This document shows positions 29,267 through 38,927 of a stretch of DNA of 54,364 bases, in pieces (positions within the stretch are counted from its first letter, which is position 1; the number at the start of each line of letters is the position of its first letter). The position numbers and the translations under genes were made by a program. The stretch is from Candidatus Magasanikiibacteriota bacterium (GTDB taxonomy: Bacteria > Patescibacteriota > Patescibacteriia > Magasanikbacterales > UBA922): NCBI GenBank assembly GCA_018652595.1, contig JABIBU010000001.1, positions 1 through 54,364 on the forward strand. Direction: 5' to 3'. The notes under the pieces are model-generated. The model was given only the letters and a program-made list of their open reading frames with translations, did no database searches and had not been told where the DNA came from.

Positions 29267-29324
29267 ATTTGTAATTATAAATTTTCAGGGTACACTGATG
29301 CCTTGAAGGTATAAATAAAAAATT

Positions 29325-30065
29325 ATGAAATATGTTTTTGGAAATTGGAAAATGTATCTTGATTTCGATGAATCGAATATTTTAATTAATGGATTGCTAC
29401 AAGAAAAATTCGATAGTGAAAAAGTTGGTTTGGCAGTTTTTCCATCTACCTTGGCTTTGCGTGAAGTCACCATGTCTGCAAAAGATACAGAATTTGCAGT
29501 TGGTGCCCAAAATGTGGCTTGGGTCCCCAAGGGAGCTTATACTGGAGCAGTTTCCGCCCAGATGTTTTCTGATGTTGGCTGTCACTATGCTTTGGTGGGT
29601 CATTCAGAGCGACGCCATGTCTTTGGTGAGACCAACGACGATGTTAGAAAAAAAATAGAAGCTTGTCTTGAGACTAATTTGATCCCAGTAGTTTGTATTG
29701 GTGAGACAGAAGATGATTTGGAAGCTGGAAAGCGTGAATACAGACTAAAGAAACAATTAATGAAGGCATTTGAAAATCTGGAATTAAATGGTGGTAAAGT
29801 AGTAGTTGCTTACGAACCAGTCTGGGCAATTGGCACTGGAAAGGCTTGTGATCCAGCTACTGCACAAGAGGTTCATGCTTTTTTAAAGACAGAGTTAAAA
29901 CAGTACTTTGATGCAGATATTACAGTCCTGTACGGTGGTAGTGTAAAAGCAGAAAATGTGGTATCATATGTAGCACTTGGTGCAATAGACGGTGTCTTAG
30001 TTGGGGGAGCATCAGCAAGGCTAGATAGTTTTACAGAGTTAATTAGGGCTGTTGAAGGTGTTTAA
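29325..30065 (+). CDS. tpiA: Triosephosphate isomerase
   Basis: GNWKM, GAYTG, GHSERR, AYEPVWAIGTG, LYGGSV, LVGGAS. Confidence 0.98.
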   Translation: MKYVFGNWKMYLDFDESNILINGLLQEKFDSEKVGLAVFPSTLALREVTMSAKDTEFAVGAQNVAWVPKGAYTGAVSAQMFSDVGCHYALVGHSERRHVFGETNDDVRKKIEACLETNLIPVVCIGETEDDLEAGKREYRLKKQLMKAFENLELNGGKVVVAYEPVWAIGTGKACDPATAQEVHAFLKTELKQYFDADITVLYGGSVKAENVVSYVALGAIDGVLVGGASARLDSFTELIRAVEGV

Positions 30066-30069
30066 ATTT

Positions 30070-30999
30070 ATGTATAGTATTTTACCATTTATTCTAATTT
30101 TATTTTCACTAGCAGTGATGATTTTTGTGATTGTGAGGAAGTTTCCACAACTGACATTGCTAGATGTGGAAACTATACCTGAGGTTAAGGTAGAAAAAAA
30201 GAAAGACGAGTTTCTCAAGAAAAAAGCAGAAAAGCGTGCTGATAGTGTTGCTGAAAAGCAAAAAGAAATGTTAAAACCATTATTCAAGAAATTAAAAGAA
30301 TTTCAGGCTTGGTTTAGAAAAATGGTTTTGGATGTTTATAAAAAGACGGTAATTAAAGCGGAAGCTTCTAAACGTAAAAAACGCACAATTAGTTCTGGTG
30401 CCAGTAATTTAAAAAAGGAAGAGTCCGAAGCTGAAAAGAAAGTGGATATTAAAAAAATAATAAGTGAGGGTGGTGTTGCTTTGCAAAATGATGATTTAGA
30501 TAGCGCTGAGGCAAAATTTATAAATGCAATAAGAATTGATTCAAAAAACGAAGAAGCTTATTTTGGTCTGGCCAGTGTGTATATAAAAAAAGAAGAGTTG
30601 AGCGATGCAGGCGATACATTGGAGTTTTTATTGAAGATCAATCCTCAAAACGCAAAAGCTTTGCTTACCCTGGCAGAAGTTTATGAAAAAAAGGAAGATT
30701 TGCAAAAAGCAGTAGAGTGCTATGAAAAAGCAGCTATTGCAGATGATGGCAGGGCAGAAACCTTTGCCAAAATAGGGGACTTGCTATTAGATATCAATCA
30801 GTGTGAGGGTGCCCTGGAAGCTGCGGTACAAGCAGGTGAATTGGAACCAGAAAACAAGGTATACCTTGACAAAATAGTGGATATTAGTGTAAAATGTGGT
30901 AACAAAGATTCGGCCGAAGAATACTATCAAAAGCTAAGAATGTTAGACCCAGAGAATAGCAGATTAGATGTTTTGAGGGGCAAGATTGACTCTTTGTAG
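30070..30999 (+). CDS. Membrane-anchored TPR protein
   Basis: Likely start MYSIL at 30070; N-terminal TM, coiled coil and TPR repeats (AYFGLASVY, ALLTLAEVY). Confidence 0.8.
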   Translation: MYSILPFILILFSLAVMIFVIVRKFPQLTLLDVETIPEVKVEKKKDEFLKKKAEKRADSVAEKQKEMLKPLFKKLKEFQAWFRKMVLDVYKKTVIKAEASKRKKRTISSGASNLKKEESEAEKKVDIKKIISEGGVALQNDDLDSAEAKFINAIRIDSKNEEAYFGLASVYIKKEELSDAGDTLEFLLKINPQNAKALLTLAEVYEKKEDLQKAVECYEKAAIADDGRAETFAKIGDLLLDINQCEGALEAAVQAGELEPENKVYLDKIVDISVKCGNKDSAEEYYQKLRMLDPENSRLDVLRGKIDSL

Positions 31000-31014
31000 T
31001 CTTTAGTGTATAAT
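30986..31014 (+). promoter_or_regulatory. Sigma70 promoter upstream of the GIY-YIG/tRNA cluster
   Basis: TTGACT-N17-TATAAT, 15 nt before the first tRNA-like fragment. Confidence 0.8.
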
Positions 31015-31029
31015 GCTGTCGTTATATAT

Positions 31030-31090
31030 GCCAACTTAGTCCGCCCGGCAATCGCCTACGGCTCAAGCCGTTGGCGGACGGGCTCAGCTG
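31030..31090 (+). repeat. Direct repeat copy 1: tRNA-Thr 5' end interrupted by a ~43-nt GC hairpin
   Basis: gccaacttag-[tccgcccggca...tggcggacggg]-ctcagctg; the flanks match the first ~18 nt of the tRNA at 31445. Confidence 0.85.
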
Positions 31091-31110
31091 TTTGTCACTC
31101 GTCATTTTAT

Positions 31111-31347
31111 ATGTTTTATACTTACGTTTTAAAAAGTAATAAAGATGATAAGTTGTATATCGGTTTTACTGATGATTTGAAGCGTAGATTCACTGAACAT
31201 AATGATGGTTTAGTAAAATCCACAAGAGATAGAAGGCCTTTTGAATTAATCTATTATGAGGCATGTTGTAAAAAAGATAAAGCTTTAAAACGGGAAAAAT
31301 ATTTTAAAACTGGTTTTGGAAGACGTTTTTTAAAAGATAGAATATAA
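31111..31347 (+). CDS. Standalone GIY-YIG nuclease (UPF0213-like)
   Basis: MFYTYVLKS...LYIGFT.DL.RR..EHN.G...ST..RRP..LIYYE......A..REK..K.G.GR. Confidence 0.92.
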   Translation: MFYTYVLKSNKDDKLYIGFTDDLKRRFTEHNDGLVKSTRDRRPFELIYYEACCKKDKALKREKYFKTGFGRRFLKDRI

Positions 31348-31348
31348 T

Positions 31349-31415
31349 GCCAACTTAGCCCGCCCGGCAGTCGCCTGAGGCTCCAGCCAATGGCGGACGG
31401 GCTCAGCTGGTAGAG
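31349..31415 (+). repeat. Direct repeat copy 2: tRNA-Thr 5' end interrupted by the same hairpin
   Basis: gccaacttag-[cccgcccggca...tggcggacggg]-ctcagctggtagag. Confidence 0.85.
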
Positions 31416-31444
31416 TATTTTATAATCGAGATATATTTATACAT

Positions 31445-31518
31445 GCCAACTTAGCTCAGCTGGTTAGAGCAACGGTTTTGTAAACCGTAGGTCCGGGGTT
31501 CGACTCCCCGAGTTGGCT
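31445..31518 (+). tRNA. tRNA-Thr (TGT)
   Basis: GCCAACT/AGTTGGC acceptor stem, acggt-ttTGTaa-accgt, GGTTCGACTCC. Confidence 0.96.
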
Positions 31519-31519
31519 C

Positions 31520-31591
31520 AGAAAAAGTAGAAAGGTAAAAGTATAAAGTAGAAAGTCTACAAAAAATACTTTTAACTTTATACTTTTTACT
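31520..31591. repeat. Paired inverted heptamer arrays (AGTAGAA / TACTTT units) between two tRNAs
   Basis: aagtagaaaggtaaaagtataaagtagaaagt ... tacttttaactttatactttttact. Confidence 0.7.
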
Positions 31592-31596
31592 AATAT

Positions 31597-31678
31597 GGGC
31601 AGGTTCTCGAGTGGTCAAAGAGGACAGACTGTAAATCTGTTGGCTCCGCCTTCGAAGGTTCGAATCCTTCTCTGCCCA
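31597..31678 (+). tRNA. tRNA-Tyr (GTA)
   Basis: GGGCAGG/TCTGCCC acceptor stem, acaga-ctGTAaa-tctgt, long variable arm, GGTTCGAATCC. Confidence 0.96.
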
Positions 31679-31763
31679 CACAAAAACGGCTTTGACGCTG
31701 TTTTTTATTTGTGGTAAGATGGATATATCTTTCAACCTATAGTACTTTCATCTGGAGGAGACC

Positions 31764-32021
31764 ATGAGTCGAAAATTTCCCGCTCACTTTCCGAAGGTTG
31801 GTGATGTCGTTACTATGAGGGAGGTGGAGAATGAAGATGTTCTTGTGGAGGTCCAAGTAGCAGGACGTCGTTGGTTTCAAGCTGATCCTATGCTTGTATT
31901 TAGTGACGGCACTGTTGGTATCCTCATCTCTACTGATGATGGTGAGTGGAAGTGGAATTGGATGCGATTTCCTGGTTCTTCTTGTGATGGCGACAAAATC
32001 TTGTGGTTGCTTTCCTATTAG
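31764..32021 (+). CDS. Small orphan protein
   Basis: Own promoter (TTGACG...TGGTAAGAT at about 31692-31720), GGAGGAG SD, 3' hairpin and terminator at 32086-32113. Confidence 0.6.
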   Translation: MSRKFPAHFPKVGDVVTMREVENEDVLVEVQVAGRRWFQADPMLVFSDGTVGILISTDDGEWKWNWMRFPGSSCDGDKILWLLSY

Positions 32022-32203
32022 TACATCGCGATGAGAGGGGGTAACCCGACTACACACAAAGAAAGGAGAAGTAGTCGGGTGTAGTCAAAAACAGCTCAGA
32101 TTGGGCTGTTTTTGTGTTTTTTGTTGTGATGTATTATACTAATAACCCAATTAATTTTTTGGTTCCCCAATCTTTTTGTAGTCAACTGTTCTAACTCTTC
32201 GAA

Positions 32204-32242
32204 AGATCCTTCACCCATCGCTTACGCTCCGGGTTCAGGATT
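32204..32242. repeat. REP-like hairpin (AGATCCTTC...CGCTTACGCTC...CAGGAT)
   Basis: atcct/aggat and accc/gggt stems; loop resembles cgctacgctc at about 26194-26203. Confidence 0.55.
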
Positions 32243-32253
32243 ATGAGAACTAT

Positions 32254-33114
32254 ATGCCAGAGCTCCCCGAAGTAGAAACAATTCGTCGTGATTTGAAAAA
32301 GAAAATCTTGAATAAAAAAATCAAGCAAGTCTTGGTTACCGGAAAAGCTAGAGTAAATTTAGATCACAAAGGATTTGTCAAAGTTTTGAAAAATAGAAAG
32401 TTTGTAAATATAGATAGAGTAGGGAAGTTACTCATTTTTGATATTGATTTGAAAAACAGATTTTTGTTAGTACATTTGAAGATGACAGGCCAACTTATTT
32501 ATACCCGAGGCCAACAAGTTACAGCTGGAGGACATTCAGATGTAAAATATAATTTTAATCTTCCAGATAAGTCAACCAGAGTTACATTTGAATTTGTTGA
32601 TGGGAGAAAACTGTTTTTTAATGATAGTCGTCGATTTGGATATTTGAGAATTGTAAATGCAACTGAGTTGCAAAAAGTGAAAGAAAAATTTGGCATAGAG
32701 CCTTTGGTTAAAAATTTTACATTAGAGAATTTTGAGAAAATCTTACAGGGTAGAAAGACAAATATAAAAGCCATTTTATTAAATCAGCAATTAATTGCTG
32801 GAATTGGTAATATTTATGCTGATGAGGCTTGTTTTGATGCGCGTGTTTTACCTGGTACACAAGTTAGTGAGTTAACAAGTGGGCAAGTCCTGAAATTGCA
32901 CAGGGCAGTAGAAAAAGTGATAAAAAAAGCAATTGAAGAACGAGGGACAACATTTAATAATTATAGAGATAGCGAAGGTAAAAGAGGAAATTTCCTTAAA
33001 TTTTTAAAAGTCTATGGGCGAGTTGGGTTGAAATGCAAACGATGTTCGGGTATAATAGAGAAAACTAAGGTTGCAGGGAGAGGAACACATTTTTGTTCTA
33101 AGTGTCAGAAATAG
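32254..33114 (+). CDS. mutM: Formamidopyrimidine-DNA glycosylase
   Basis: MPELPEVET, HLKMTG, D.RRFG, GIGNIYADE, C-terminal zinc finger RGTHFC..CQ. Confidence 0.97.
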   Translation: MPELPEVETIRRDLKKKILNKKIKQVLVTGKARVNLDHKGFVKVLKNRKFVNIDRVGKLLIFDIDLKNRFLLVHLKMTGQLIYTRGQQVTAGGHSDVKYNFNLPDKSTRVTFEFVDGRKLFFNDSRRFGYLRIVNATELQKVKEKFGIEPLVKNFTLENFEKILQGRKTNIKAILLNQQLIAGIGNIYADEACFDARVLPGTQVSELTSGQVLKLHRAVEKVIKKAIEERGTTFNNYRDSEGKRGNFLKFLKVYGRVGLKCKRCSGIIEKTKVAGRGTHFCSKCQK

Positions 33115-33116
33115 TG

Positions 33117-33189
33117 TACAAGCTAGCAAGTCAGCAAGTTTGCAAGTAAAAAATTTGTAAACTTGAGTACTTGTTAACTTGTAAACTTT
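33117..33189. repeat. Paired inverted octamer arrays (GCAAGT / ACTTG units)
   Basis: tacaagctagcaagtcagcaagtttgcaagt ... ttgtaaacttgagtacttgttaacttgtaaactt. Confidence 0.65.
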
Positions 33190-33194
33190 GGGTT

Positions 33195-34262
33195 ATGGAA
33201 AATTACATCGCATTTCTAAAAAATTATACTTACGCTGGTAATACCTTGTGGGATTATTGGTGGGCATTGGTAATATTTTTTGCAGTTTTGGTTGTCTTAA
33301 AGTTTATTCAGCTTGTCGTAATAGTCCGCTTAAAAAAACTTGCCAAAAAGACTATTACTGAGATAGACGACACTGTGATTGCTATTTTTGGTAGTATCAA
33401 GCCTTGGTTTTATTTACTAGTATCAGTTTTTGTTGCAATAAAGTATTTGAGTTTGCCAGATTTGGTTGGAAAAGTGGTTTATGTACTTTTGGTAGTGGCA
33501 GTAGTGTATGAAGTAGTTAGAGCTTTTGAAAAAGTTTTAGATTATTGGCTCTATAGGCAAATGCAAAAAAGTGAAGCTGGAAATGCTGAGCAATCCAAAT
33601 CAATGATGAGAATTTTGAAATTAATAGCCCAGGCAATTTTGTGGTTAATTGCACTTCTAATGATCATGTCAAACTTGGGAATAAATATTACTTCACTTGT
33701 GGCGAGTCTGGGTATTGGTGGTATCGCAGTAGCACTTGCATTACAAAATGTATTAAGTGATTTGTTTTCCAGCTTTTCTATCTTTATGGATAAGCCGTTT
33801 GAAGCAGGGGATTATATACAGGTCGGTACTGATTCTGGTACCGTTGAGCGTATTGGTATGAAGACTACAAGAGTCCGTACTTTACTTGGTGAAGAATTGG
33901 TAATTTCCAACAAAGAATTAACATCTGCACGAGTGCAAAATTTCAAACGCATGGAAAAACGTCGCGAAGCTATTACTCTAGGTCTAACTTATGAAACTCC
34001 AAAAGAAAAACTAGAAAAAATTCCTGAATTAATAAAGAAGGTAGTGGATGAAGTTGAATTAGCTACATATGATCGTTGTCACTTTTCTACTTATGGTGAT
34101 TTTAGTTTAAATTTTGATATTGTTTATTATATTGACGAACCAGATTATGGATTGTATATGAGTGTGAAGCAAAAAGTTAATCTGGGTATTTTTGATGAGT
34201 TTGCAAAGGCGGGGATTGAGTTTGCTTATCCTACACAGTTGGTTTATACAAAGAAAGGTTAA
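33195..34262 (+). CDS. mscS: Small-conductance mechanosensitive channel
   Basis: Likely start MENY at 33195; SLGIGGIAVALALQ, DKPFEAGDYI, GTVERIG.KTTR, GIEFAYPTQ. Confidence 0.93.
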   Translation: MENYIAFLKNYTYAGNTLWDYWWALVIFFAVLVVLKFIQLVVIVRLKKLAKKTITEIDDTVIAIFGSIKPWFYLLVSVFVAIKYLSLPDLVGKVVYVLLVVAVVYEVVRAFEKVLDYWLYRQMQKSEAGNAEQSKSMMRILKLIAQAILWLIALLMIMSNLGINITSLVASLGIGGIAVALALQNVLSDLFSSFSIFMDKPFEAGDYIQVGTDSGTVERIGMKTTRVRTLLGEELVISNKELTSARVQNFKRMEKRREAITLGLTYETPKEKLEKIPELIKKVVDEVELATYDRCHFSTYGDFSLNFDIVYYIDEPDYGLYMSVKQKVNLGIFDEFAKAGIEFAYPTQLVYTKKG

Positions 34263-34265
34263 AAT

Positions 34266-34916
34266 ATGAATGAACAAAAATATAGAGTCAATTATTTAGG
34301 ATTTACAGTTAACACAAAAAAAGAATCCATAATGATCGGTGTTGGCATGTTGATAATTTTATTGAATCGTTTGATTACTCAAATTGCGTTGGATGTTTTT
34401 TCTTCATTGGAAGTGGTAACAGGTGTGGCCGTGATTACAGGGCTGGTAGGATTTTTACTAGCTTCTTTGGGGATTTTTTTAATTAGGCAAAATAAAGTTT
34501 TTTTAGAAGTGACCTCCAGTGGGTTTATCATCTCACGTTTTCATAAGAACCAATTAAAAGAGCAAAAGGTAATAAGTACGGCTGAAATCAAAAAAGTGAA
34601 ATTAGAAGCATCCAGATTTACAGTTGCTGGTGGTGGAGTAGGGGCCAGAAGATTTATTTTAAACTTTTTACTAGAAAATGGCGAATCAGATGCTGTTTTT
34701 ATCAATCCTAAGGGGGTGTCAGATTTGAAAGAAAGTTTGTTATATTATGATCATGTTGAAAAAACAGAATTGACTGAAGTGGAAGAAAATATATTAAAAG
34801 TAAAAAAAATAGAAAAAGACACGAACTCTTTTATATTGAAGGGTGTTATTGTAATGATTTTGGCTATAATATTGTTTGCTGGTATTATAGTTTATTTCCT
34901 TTTATTTTATAAATAG
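34266..34916 (+). CDS. Hypothetical membrane protein
   Basis: Two N-terminal TMs, a soluble PH-like region and a C-terminal TM. Confidence 0.6.
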   Translation: MNEQKYRVNYLGFTVNTKKESIMIGVGMLIILLNRLITQIALDVFSSLEVVTGVAVITGLVGFLLASLGIFLIRQNKVFLEVTSSGFIISRFHKNQLKEQKVISTAEIKKVKLEASRFTVAGGGVGARRFILNFLLENGESDAVFINPKGVSDLKESLLYYDHVEKTELTEVEENILKVKKIEKDTNSFILKGVIVMILAIILFAGIIVYFLLFYK

Positions 34917-34943
34917 TAAAATCACCCTCAAGGGTGATTTTTT
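34917..34943. terminator. Bidirectional terminator
   Basis: aaaatcaccc-tcaa-gggtgattttt. Confidence 0.8.
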
Positions 34944-34947
34944 CCTG

Positions 34948-35021
34948 AGCCGTCTTCCGGAATCGAACCGGAGACCTCAGCCTTACCATGGCTGCGCTCT
35001 AACCAACTGAGCTAAGACGGC
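34948..35021 (-). tRNA. tRNA-Thr (GGT)
   Basis: Reverse complement reads GCCGTCTTAGCTCAGTTGGTTAGAGCG-cagcc-atGGTaa-ggctg...GGTTCGATTCCGGAAGACGGCT. Confidence 0.95.
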
Positions 35022-35086
35022 ATTTGACGTTGGCATTATAAAGCATATTTAATTTTTTGTCAATTGATATTATTAACAATTAATCT

Positions 35087-35491
35087 ATGTCATTTTTAAA
35101 TTATATTAAGATTTTTTTGCTATCTCTGGTTAGTTTTTTGTTACTAGATGGACTCTGGTTATTGGTTGTGGCTAAAAATTTCTATAAAAAATATTTAGGA
35201 TTTATAATGGGCCCAGTCAATTGGGTGCCTGTTATGATTTTTTATCCATTATATATTATTGGGCTAGTCTTTTTGGTAATTGTGCCGGCTATAGAGAGCG
35301 GTTCGTGGGTGAGGCTGTTGTTTGGGGCGGCGTTATTTGGGCTTTGTGCTTATGGGGCCTATGACCTAACTAATCAGGCTACAATAAAAGATTGGCCATG
35401 GATCGTTACCATAGTTGATATTTTATGGGGAATGATTGGGGCTGTGATTGTGTCCTCTGTAACTTTTTTTATAATTAATAAATTTTTCTAA
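35087..35491 (+). CDS. DUF2177 family membrane protein
   Basis: LDGLWL, FY.LY..G, GL.AYGAYDLTN.ATIK.W.....VD..WG. Confidence 0.85.
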   Translation: MSFLNYIKIFLLSLVSFLLLDGLWLLVVAKNFYKKYLGFIMGPVNWVPVMIFYPLYIIGLVFLVIVPAIESGSWVRLLFGAALFGLCAYGAYDLTNQATIKDWPWIVTIVDILWGMIGAVIVSSVTFFIINKFF

Positions 35492-35493
35492 AT

Positions 35494-35988
35494 ATGTTTA
35501 AAAAAAAGAAACGAAATCTCAAAAAATTAATAATTGCCCTAATTATTCCACAGTTGGCTGGATTTATTGGTTCTATTGCCAATTTTACATCACTAGATAC
35601 CTGGTACGAAGGAATTGTAAAGCCAAGTTTCAATCCACCCAATTGGATATTTGGTCCAGTTTGGACCGGATTGTTTCTTCTAATGGGCTATGCGTTGTAT
35701 ATCATTTGGGAGAAAAAACCAAAGTGGGGGAAAAATAAAAAGAGTGACTTTGCATTATTAATATTTTACACCCAACTGGGTTTTAATGTGATTTGGTCTT
35801 ATTTATTTTTTGGATTGCAAAATCCCTTGTTTGCTCTGGGTGAGATATTGGTTTTGTGGGCTGTAATTGTCCTAAATATCGTGCTTTTTTGGCGTTTGGA
35901 TCGCCGTGCTGGATTATTACTCTTTCCGTATATATTATGGGTAACATTTGCTATTTTCCTAAATTATGCCATTTTTATACTTAATTAA
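35494..35988 (+). CDS. tspO: TspO/MBR tryptophan-rich sensory protein
   Basis: WY....KPSFNPPNWIFGPVWT, N..WS.LFFG, PYILW.TFA..LN. Confidence 0.93.
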   Translation: MFKKKKRNLKKLIIALIIPQLAGFIGSIANFTSLDTWYEGIVKPSFNPPNWIFGPVWTGLFLLMGYALYIIWEKKPKWGKNKKSDFALLIFYTQLGFNVIWSYLFFGLQNPLFALGEILVLWAVIVLNIVLFWRLDRRAGLLLFPYILWVTFAIFLNYAIFILN

Positions 35989-36064
35989 CAGTATGCCATT
36001 GACAAAATTTTGGATTTGATGTATTATGTAGAGGTCTTAAATTTACTATAAAACTATCAAATAT

Positions 36065-36232
36065 ATGGCCAAATCAAGAGAAAGAGAGAATATGATCAAG
36101 ATGCAGTGTACTGAGTGCAAGCACACTAACTATTTTTCCCACAAGAACAAGAGAACTTTGAAAGATAGATTGGAGCTTAGCAAACATTGTAAATTTTGCA
36201 AAAAGCATACTCCTCATAAAGAGACAAAATAA
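36065..36232 (+). CDS. rpmG: 50S ribosomal protein L33 (zinc-binding form)
   Basis: Not in the ORF track (55 aa): [55 protein letters not shown]; TTGACA-type promoter upstream. Confidence 0.95.
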   Translation: MAKSRERENMIKMQCTECKHTNYFSHKNKRTLKDRLELSKHCKFCKKHTPHKETK

Positions 36233-36276
36233 GCATAACAAAATAAAAATCCTCTGAATAAGCGGATTTTTTGTTG

Positions 36277-36347
36277 CAGGCGCGGAAGGAATCGAACCTA
36301 CGCTAGAGGTTTTGGAGACCCCTGTACTACCATTATACCACGCGCCC
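36277..36347 (-). tRNA. tRNA-Trp (CCA)
   Basis: Reverse complement reads GGGCGCGTGGTATAATGGTAGTACAGGGGT-ctCCAaa-ACCTC...GGTTCGATTCCTTCCGCGCCTG. Confidence 0.94.
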
Positions 36348-36710
36348 TTGTAAATTCAGTGGATATTATACACTATATTGGGAAATAAATCAAGACCTCC
36401 TACTTCAAACTGTTACACTTTGCCTATTTCCACGTCTACTATAGTATAAAGCAGTAATTCTCAAAAATATGTGGAATAAACTGGGTAAAATTTTGAGAGG
36501 AAAAAATTCTGGCAGACGTTGCGTGAGTCTGAATGTATTTCTTAAGTATGGCCTTTCATGGAGAGAGTTGAATTAAAAAATACATAGTTTTCCTAGCAGG
36601 GTGAGTTAAACATGTTTGACTTGTCTTGTTTGGTATAATATTATTTATGATTTTAAAATAGCTCAGTAGGGGCTGTTTTTGTTTTGGTCAAATTGTGTTA
36701 GAATATAATC

Positions 36711-37952
36711 ATGTCTGAAATATACGATCTAGTAGTAATAGGAGGTGGACCAGCTGGAATTATGTCAGCTGGGATAGCGGGCTCACACGGTGCGCGGGTT
36801 TTGCTATTGGAAAAAAACAAAGATCTAGGCAAAAAGATTCTTATCACTGGTAAAGGAAGGTGTAATATTACACAGGCAGAATTTGATTTGCGTAAGCTGG
36901 TCGAGACTTATGGAAAGACAGGAAAATTTTTGTTTTCATCTTTTCATCGATTTGGTCCGAGAGAGATAATGGACTTTTTTGAAAACAGAGGTGTAGAACT
37001 AAAGACCGAGAGAGGTGGAAGAGTTTTCCCTGTTAGTGACAATGCTCGTGATGTGGTAAGTGCTCTCAAAAAGTTTCTAAAAGAAAATAAGGTTGAGATT
37101 ATGTACGGAGCATGTGTTTCTGGTTTTGAACATGAAGACGGAGAAATAAAGGCAGTAAAGCTGGGTAGTAAAAAAATAAAAACAAAAAATTTGCTTATTG
37201 CAACTGGAGGCCTATCCTATCCTGTCACTGGGTGTACTGGAGATGGCTTTACTTGGGCAAAGGATTTGGGTCATTCTGTTACAGAGCCAGCCCCGGCACT
37301 CGTTCCTCTCAAAATAAAAGAACCTTGGACAAAGAAGTTGCAGGGATTAACTCTAAAAAATGTTGGTCTGGTAGCCAAGCAAGGAAAAAATAAAATTACC
37401 GATAGACAGGGTGACATGCTATTTACTCACTTCGGTATTACTGGTCCAATAGTTTTGGACATGAGTAAAGAGGTTATTGGGGCTGATAAAAAAGGAAAGA
37501 TTGAATTATTTCTCAATTTAAAACCCGCCCTTGGTCGTGAGCAATTGGATGCTCGTATTCAGAGAGACTTCAAAAAATATTCTAATAAAGTTTTTAAGAA
37601 TGCTTTGGGAGATCTACTAGCCAAGAAAATGATCCCAATAATTATTGAGCAGTCTGGCATTGATCCAGAAAAAAAAGTAAATAGTATTACCAAAGCAGAG
37701 CGTTTGAAATTTCTTGAATTAATACAAAATATAAAAATGACAGTGACAGGTAACACAGGATATATCCAAGCAATTGTAACTAGTGGGGGAGTGAGCTTAA
37801 AAGAAATCGACCCAAAGACAATGAGATCCAAAATAATACCAAATCTATACTTTGCCGGGGAAGTATTAGACATAGACGGTCCGACTGGTGGGTATAATTT
37901 GCACGTGGCTTGGAGCACTGGATTTAGTGTAGGTAGTCAATTTAATAAATAA
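36711..37952 (+). CDS. HI0933/YhiN/BaiN family flavoprotein
   Basis: [58 protein letters not shown]. Confidence 0.93.
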   Translation: MSEIYDLVVIGGGPAGIMSAGIAGSHGARVLLLEKNKDLGKKILITGKGRCNITQAEFDLRKLVETYGKTGKFLFSSFHRFGPREIMDFFENRGVELKTERGGRVFPVSDNARDVVSALKKFLKENKVEIMYGACVSGFEHEDGEIKAVKLGSKKIKTKNLLIATGGLSYPVTGCTGDGFTWAKDLGHSVTEPAPALVPLKIKEPWTKKLQGLTLKNVGLVAKQGKNKITDRQGDMLFTHFGITGPIVLDMSKEVIGADKKGKIELFLNLKPALGREQLDARIQRDFKKYSNKVFKNALGDLLAKKMIPIIIEQSGIDPEKKVNSITKAERLKFLELIQNIKMTVTGNTGYIQAIVTSGGVSLKEIDPKTMRSKIIPNLYFAGEVLDIDGPTGGYNLHVAWSTGFSVGSQFNK

Positions 37953-37956
37953 GAGT

Positions 37957-38322
37957 ATGAAACTAAATAAATTGACTGAAAAAGAAAAAAAGGTAATTAT
38001 TGATAAAGGAACCGAACGGCCTTTTACTGGCGAGTACGATAAGTTTTTTGAGTCTGGTAAATATGTTTGTCGTCAGTGTGGAGCAGATCTCTATCGTTCG
38101 GAAGATAAGTTTGATGCTCGCTGTGGCTGGCCTGCATTTGACGATGAGGTGCCTGGTGCCATAAAGCATTTGCCAGATGCCGATGGATCGCGTACTGAGA
38201 TACGATGTAATAAATGCGATGCTCATCTGGGACATGTATTTCAAAATGAAAAGCATACCCCAAAAAATGTTCGTCATTGTGTCAATTCAATTTCATTAAA
38301 ATTTGTACCTTATGAAAAATAA
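37957..38322 (+). CDS. msrB: Peptide-methionine (R)-S-oxide reductase
   Basis: [32 protein letters not shown]. Confidence 0.96.
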   Translation: MKLNKLTEKEKKVIIDKGTERPFTGEYDKFFESGKYVCRQCGADLYRSEDKFDARCGWPAFDDEVPGAIKHLPDADGSRTEIRCNKCDAHLGHVFQNEKHTPKNVRHCVNSISLKFVPYEK

Positions 38323-38923
38323 GGGAGTGTCAACCTCGTATTATCATCGTTCGCTCGGTCATAAAAAAACTCGCTTGAGCTCGTCTTTTCACGACTCTCA
38401 CTCACTCGATAATAAAACCATAGTTCTCGGTGGTGGATGTTTTTGGTGTACTGAGGCTACCTTTTTACTTTTGCCTGGTGTTACCAAAGTTGAACCAGGT
38501 TATGCTGGTGGAGATGTACCAGATCCTACTTACGAGCAAGTTTCAGCGGGGGATACTGGTCATGCAGAAGTAATACGTGTCGAATATGATTCAAAAAAAA
38601 CTGATTTAGATAATATATTTGAATTATTTTTTACAGTGCATGATCCAACTACGCTTGATAGGCAGGGGGCTGATGTTGGTACTCAGTATCGCTCAATTGT
38701 GCTTTATGAGGATGAAGGACAAAGACAATCAACTGAAGATTATATTGCAAAAATCCAAGATAATTATAAGGATAAAATTGTAACTGAGATAAAAAAACTA
38801 GATAAATTTTATCTAGCCGAAGATTATCATAAAAATTATTTTGAAAAAAATCCTAATGCTGGTTATTGTCGAGTAGTTATTGCGCCAAAAGTTGAAAAAG
38901 CCAAAAAAATAATTAATAAATAA
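38312..38923 (+). CDS. msrA: Peptide-methionine (S)-S-oxide reductase with an N-terminal insertion
   Basis: [39 protein letters not shown]; likely start ATG 38312. Confidence 0.95.
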   Translation: MKNKGVSTSYYHRSLGHKKTRLSSSFHDSHSLDNKTIVLGGGCFWCTEATFLLLPGVTKVEPGYAGGDVPDPTYEQVSAGDTGHAEVIRVEYDSKKTDLDNIFELFFTVHDPTTLDRQGADVGTQYRSIVLYEDEGQRQSTEDYIAKIQDNYKDKIVTEIKKLDKFYLAEDYHKNYFEKNPNAGYCRVVIAPKVEKAKKIINK

Positions 38924-38927
38924 TTCT

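Noticed and set aside
31006-31110. N-terminal extension of the GIY-YIG ORF
   Set aside because: It is read-through of the promoter and repeat; the family-typical start is MFYTYVL at 31111.
31030-31415. Intron-containing or split tRNA genes
   Set aside because: The fragments stop within or just after the D-arm and have no anticodon, T-arm or 3' acceptor half; an intact tRNA-Thr follows.
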